Below are positions 43,391-46,378 of a DNA stretch of 46,378 nt, piece after piece. The notes under the pieces were generated by a model. The model made no database searches. It was not told the DNA's origin and saw only the letters and a program-made list of their open reading frames with translations. The translations under genes were made by a program, and so were the position numbers. The stretch's first letter is position 1. Every line of letters begins with the position of its first letter. Source of the stretch: a virus. The stretch is from the IMG/VR virus record IMGVR_UViG_3300037423_000863, one strand, 5' to 3'.

Positions 43391-43844
43391 GGGGTTCCTC
43401 CTTTACGAGCGTGACGCTCGGCTCTTTGATTTTGGTGGTGCGGGCCGCGTCGATCCGCTGCGCCAGCTCAGGCGCCGCGGCGGCGATCCCCGCGTAAATC
43501 TTTTCAGGAACGGAGAATTCGATCTTGAAGATTTGGCGAACGCGCTCCCACGGCAGCGTCTGAGCGACGGCCATCAGCGCCGCGCTGTCCCACTTCACTT
43601 CACGGTCGACCTTATACTTGACGGCGAACCCGTCCTGCAGCTCGAGCTTCCCGGAACCATGCTCCTTGCCGAGCTGGCCGAGCGTCTGGACAGCGCTGGC
43701 AGCATAACGGCGGCTAACCTCCGCCTTCACTTCGGCGAGGCGAGCCTTCAGGCTGTCGACTCCTGAGGCGTAGCCCTCTTGAAGTTGCAGCAGGTCTGAA
43801 AGAGTTGCCCGGCTCAAATCGGCCGGGCGCTGGGGTTCGGTCAT
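43383..43844 (-). CDS. hypothetical coiled-coil protein (Gp157-like by synteny)
   Basis: First gene of the recombination block, ahead of the Sak4-like ATPase. Confidence 0.4.
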   Translation of the reverse strand: MTEPQRPADLSRATLSDLLQLQEGYASGVDSLKARLAEVKAEVSRRYAASAVQTLGQLGKEHGSGKLELQDGFAVKYKVDREVKWDSAALMAVAQTLPWERVRQIFKIEFSVPEKIYAGIAAAAPELAQRIDAARTTKIKEPSVTLVKEEPLA

Positions 43845-43859
43845 GTCGCCAAGGGCTCC

Positions 43860-44087
43860 TTATGCGTAGGTTGCTAGGTTCAGATGCTTCTTCGGGAGCT
43901 GGGCGATCCTCATGAGCCAGGTGGCCGGGATCGAGCCGCGTTCGAACCACTTTGCGACGCCCTTGTAAGTAATGGCGTCAACCCCGTGGCGTTGCTGCAG
44001 TAACTCAGTTAGTCGTAGCTGCTGCTGCCTTCGACTCGTGCCTTCCGGCAATAGGGTCGCGTCGGATAGGAGTTTGTCGAGCTGCAT
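43860..44087 (-). CDS. Cro-like HTH regulator
   Basis: ITYKGVAKWFERGSIPATWLMRIAQL. ATG 44087 is preferred over TTG 44135. Divergent from the cI-like gene. Confidence 0.55.
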   Translation of the reverse strand: MQLDKLLSDATLLPEGTSRRQQQLRLTELLQQRHGVDAITYKGVAKWFERGSIPATWLMRIAQLPKKHLNLATYA

Positions 44088-44135
44088 GTTTCGGTCGGGC
44101 TTCCGTTGGTTTTTGTCCGATGTGTCAGGCGACAA

Positions 44136-44201
44136 TGCCGACAGTCTGTAGCAGCGTCAACAGTTACTTGAAAAAATTTTTTCCGACGGTCTGTCGGAAC
44201 T
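44136..44201. promoter_or_regulatory. divergent switch region with operator-like dyads
   Basis: CCGACAGTCTGT (44138..44149), palindrome GAAAAAATTTTTTC (44170..44183), CCGACGGTCTGTCGG (44183..44197). Confidence 0.5.
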
Positions 44202-44225
44202 TTGTCTGATGGGGGGTTGTTTTGT

Positions 44226-44753
44226 ATGACGACAAAGCGTAGTAAGCCCGGCTCCGGGAAGGTGGGGACCAACAAACCCGAAAGAAAAGACATGGCGAGG
44301 AAATCACATTTTGCACTGGCGCCGGCGGACGAGCCGGTAGAGCAACTGACGCCCAACCAGCTGACGAAGCAGGAATTCGGGCGGCGGCTCGCGCGCGTAT
44401 TAGAGGAACGACACATGTCGCAGTCCGACCTAGTGCGCGCCATTGAAGCGAAGACCGGCGAGAAGATGGGCCGGGACGCGATCAGCACCTATGTCAACGG
44501 CAGGAGCTTCCCAACGCCTAAGTCGCTGGGGCTGCTGTGCGAGACGCTGGGCATGACGCGAGACGAGCTTCTGCCGAACGCTTCAATTCAGGCGATCAAC
44601 GACGAGCATCCGGCGCTAGAGCTGCGCGCCGCCGCCGGTCATCCCGGCATGGCGTGGGTTCGCATCAACCGCCTGATGACATTCGAGACGGCGACGAAGA
44701 TCGTCACGCTGGTCAACGAAGAAGACAAGCGGAGCTTCAGCGACAAGCAATGA
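44226..44753 (+). CDS. XRE-family cI-like repressor without a peptidase domain
   Basis: QEFGRRLARVLEERHMSQSDLVRAIEAKTGEKMGRDAISTYVNGRSFP. Start uncertain (TTG 44202, ATG 44226 or ATG 44292). Confidence 0.7.
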   Translation: MTTKRSKPGSGKVGTNKPERKDMARKSHFALAPADEPVEQLTPNQLTKQEFGRRLARVLEERHMSQSDLVRAIEAKTGEKMGRDAISTYVNGRSFPTPKSLGLLCETLGMTRDELLPNASIQAINDEHPALELRAAAGHPGMAWVRINRLMTFETATKIVTLVNEEDKRSFSDKQ

Positions 44754-45067
44754 ACCTGCTGACGCAAGAGGAAGCGGCGGCCCGGCTGCGGAAGTCGGTG
44801 CGAACGGTGGAGCGCCTGCGCCAAGCGGGCGAACTGCCGTTCATCCCCGGCTGCCCGGTCATGATCCGCGAAGCCGACCTAGTTGCGTTCATCGAAAGGA
44901 AGGTCACATGGGCAAAAAGAACGAAGGGCCCCGCCTCAAATGGAACGATGAAACCGGCGTCTATTACATCCACTGGACGGGGGCCAACCGACGCTCGAAG
45001 CGCCGTTCTACGGGCACATCAAATCGTGCAATCGCTGAACAAGTCCTCGCCACGTTCCTCTCGCTAG
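44750..45067 (+). CDS. excisionase-type/MerR-like HTH protein
   Basis: ATGA overlap with the repressor stop. MNLLTQEEAAARLRKSVRTVERLRQAGELPFIPGCPVMIREADLVAFI. The frame runs 160 nt into int. Confidence 0.55.
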   Translation: MNLLTQEEAAARLRKSVRTVERLRQAGELPFIPGCPVMIREADLVAFIERKVTWAKRTKGPASNGTMKPASITSTGRGPTDARSAVLRAHQIVQSLNKSSPRSSR

Positions 45068-46041
45068 GGGCGCAGGCGGAGCGCAAAGCGACGGCGGAAG
45101 GGCCGCTGCTGGTAATGGACGTTATCGGCGATCCTGAGGCTCCTGACGGCGACGATTACTGGCATGAGCATGTCGTTCCCGATGTCGCGGACAAGGGGAG
45201 CGCCCGCGCGGCGATCAAGAAGCTGCTGCAGCACTTCGGGCACCTTGCAGTCGCGGACATCATGCCGCGCGATGTCGACAACTATATCAGCGCGCGGCGA
45301 TCCGGGAAGCTGGGTCGACCGTCCGTCAATCACACAATCTCGAAAGAGCTGTCCTATCTCAATGCCGCGATCGTTCACGCGACGAAGAAGCGGCGACTGA
45401 AGGGCGGCGACGCTCCGTTCATTGCGATGCCGGGAGTGTCCCAGCCGCGCGAAAGGTGGCTCGAGCATGACGAGTTGAACCGGCTCCTGGACGCCGCGCT
45501 TGTTCCGAGCGGGCCGCGAGCTGGACCGGCGAACAAGCTGCCGCGCGTCTATCGCTTCATTGCGCTCGCCTACGGCACTGCGGGCCGAAAGACATCCGTG
45601 CAGGAGCTGCAGCGAAAACAGGTCGACTTGGAGCGCAATCGTATCAGGCTCAACCCTGAGGGCCGCGCGCAGACGAAGAAGAAGCGGGCGACCGTCCCGA
45701 TTAGCGATTGGCTCCGACCGATCCTCATTGCGATCCTAGAGCAAATCCCCGACCGGCCGGACGCCTACCTGCTGGATCATCCCGGCTGCATCTACACAGC
45801 CTTTGACCGGGCAGTGGTCCGCGCCGGGCTCGGCCCTGACGTGACGCCTCACGTCCTGAGGCACACTAGGGCGACGCACATGGCGCAGGCAGGGGCGGAC
45901 CTATGGGACATCGCCGGAATTCTCGGTGACACGCTGGCGACCGTAGAAAAGACCTACGCGCACCATCATCCCGACTATCTGCGGAAGGCGGCCAATGCCG
46001 GGATCGCGGCGCGTCCGCTGCTTCGAGTCGTCAACGGGTGA
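44908..46041 (+). CDS. int: tyrosine integrase
   Basis: GAAAGGAAGGtcac ATG. AGRKTSVQEL, HVLRHTRATHMAQAG, VEKTYAHHH. Confidence 0.9.
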   Translation: MGKKNEGPRLKWNDETGVYYIHWTGANRRSKRRSTGTSNRAIAEQVLATFLSLGAQAERKATAEGPLLVMDVIGDPEAPDGDDYWHEHVVPDVADKGSARAAIKKLLQHFGHLAVADIMPRDVDNYISARRSGKLGRPSVNHTISKELSYLNAAIVHATKKRRLKGGDAPFIAMPGVSQPRERWLEHDELNRLLDAALVPSGPRAGPANKLPRVYRFIALAYGTAGRKTSVQELQRKQVDLERNRIRLNPEGRAQTKKKRATVPISDWLRPILIAILEQIPDRPDAYLLDHPGCIYTAFDRAVVRAGLGPDVTPHVLRHTRATHMAQAGADLWDIAGILGDTLATVEKTYAHHHPDYLRKAANAGIAARPLLRVVNG

Positions 46042-46238
46042 GATTGAGCGAACGGCAATCTGAGCTCAGGGCGCAGGGGCGTCGGGCTTACTATGACGGG
46101 GTAGCGATGGATCGCTGCCCCGTTCGCTTGCGTGACGCGATGCTTTGGAAGGAAGGATGGCTGGCAGCGCAGCAAGAAGTCGACGCCTTCATTGCCCGGC
46201 AAATCGCCGCCGCGGTGGAGCGCAACGCGGGGCGCTAA
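46038..46238 (+). CDS. Rmf/CrpP-fold small protein
   Basis: GTGA overlap with the int stop. RRAYYDGVAMDRCPVRLRDAMLWKEGWLAAQQE fits the GYxAGxxG..CP...W..GW pattern. Confidence 0.5.
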   Translation: MRLSERQSELRAQGRRAYYDGVAMDRCPVRLRDAMLWKEGWLAAQQEVDAFIARQIAAAVERNAGR

Positions 46239-46264
46239 ATGGGGCGCATGCGCCCAAATGGGCG
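46237..46264. promoter_or_regulatory. AAATGGGGCGC / palindrome GGGCGCATGCGCCC / AAATGGGCG (candidate att arm sites)
   Basis: Read directly. Related to the tandem AAATTGGGCGC copies at 228..250. Confidence 0.35.
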
Positions 46265-46378
46265 TCCGATCTGTCGGATAGTGTCGGCCGATGACGAACG
46301 CAGCTCAGAGCGAAACCGCAGTTTTCTGCCGTCCGATGTGTTGGCCGACGCGGCGGAAACGGGTGACGGGACCACCAT
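46252..46378. repeat. terminal direct repeat, copy 2 (circular-assembly overlap)
   Basis: Identical to 1..127. The length of 127 matches a common maximum de Bruijn k-mer. Confidence 0.95.

Larger units (their letters stand above)
1..46251. mobile_element. complete circular temperate phage genome (podovirus-like structural set: no tape measure, sheath or tube genes)
   Basis: Exact 127-bp overlap of the two ends. Full set of terminase, portal, capsid, tail, lysis, replication and integration modules. Genes are tightly packed with many ATGA/GTGA/TAATG overlaps. Confidence 0.8.

Noticed and set aside
44202-45067. The cI-like/Xis-like pair considered as a toxin-antitoxin module.
   Set aside because: Both are HTH DNA-binding proteins in the standard position beside cro and int, and no toxin-like fold or motif was seen.
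1-46378. Scan for tRNA, tmRNA or rRNA genes.
   Set aside because: No T-loop (GGTTCGAATCC-like) or acceptor-stem pattern was recognised by eye. This should still be confirmed with tRNAscan-SE or ARAGORN.

Overview
The window is a complete, circularly closed temperate phage genome of about 46.25 kb. The first 127 bp are repeated exactly at the end, which fits a k=127 assembly overlap rather than a biological repeat. GC content is high, and a few gene families suggest an alphaproteobacterial host, though that is weak inference.

Layout:
- 252..27322 (minus strand): late operon. Order is terS, then a head-spike/tailspike/fibre block, then terL, portal, scaffold, major capsid, adaptor/nozzle, internal virion proteins, a 2,298-codon polyvalent ORF, a lysis cassette, and two small moron-like genes next to the attachment region.
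- 27323..27810: regulatory hub with a GCGCCACC iteron array.
- 27811..32806 (plus strand): early operon of small unknown genes plus an oversized C5 cytosine methyltransferase.
- 32757..43844 (minus strand): replication/recombination operon. It holds a Gp157-like protein, a Sak4-like ATPase, a DUF669-like protein, an SF2 helicase, two HNH nucleases, a PD-(D/E)XK exonuclease, a prim-pol/helicase, TraR and RusA.
- 43860..46238: cro-like/cI-like switch, Xis-like protein, tyrosine integrase and an Rmf/CrpP-like gene.

No tRNA, rRNA, CRISPR array or reverse transcriptase was seen.

The most unusual observation is in the middle of the giant ORF (6810..7661). There the coding signal moves to the +1 frame, where two RBS-led genes sit. 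The big frame stays open, and the points where coding signal leaves and re-enters it coincide with homopolymer runs.

Other points worth follow-up:
- eight tandem EPxxT(V/I)T modules in the methyltransferase
- a 10-bp-phased iteron array
- a perfect DnaA box in an AT-rich island
- a possible Acb2-like sponge gene
- a transmembrane RyR-domain gene translationally coupled to the spanins
- terS separated from terL by the spike/fibre genes

All product calls come from reading motifs by eye. No searches were run.
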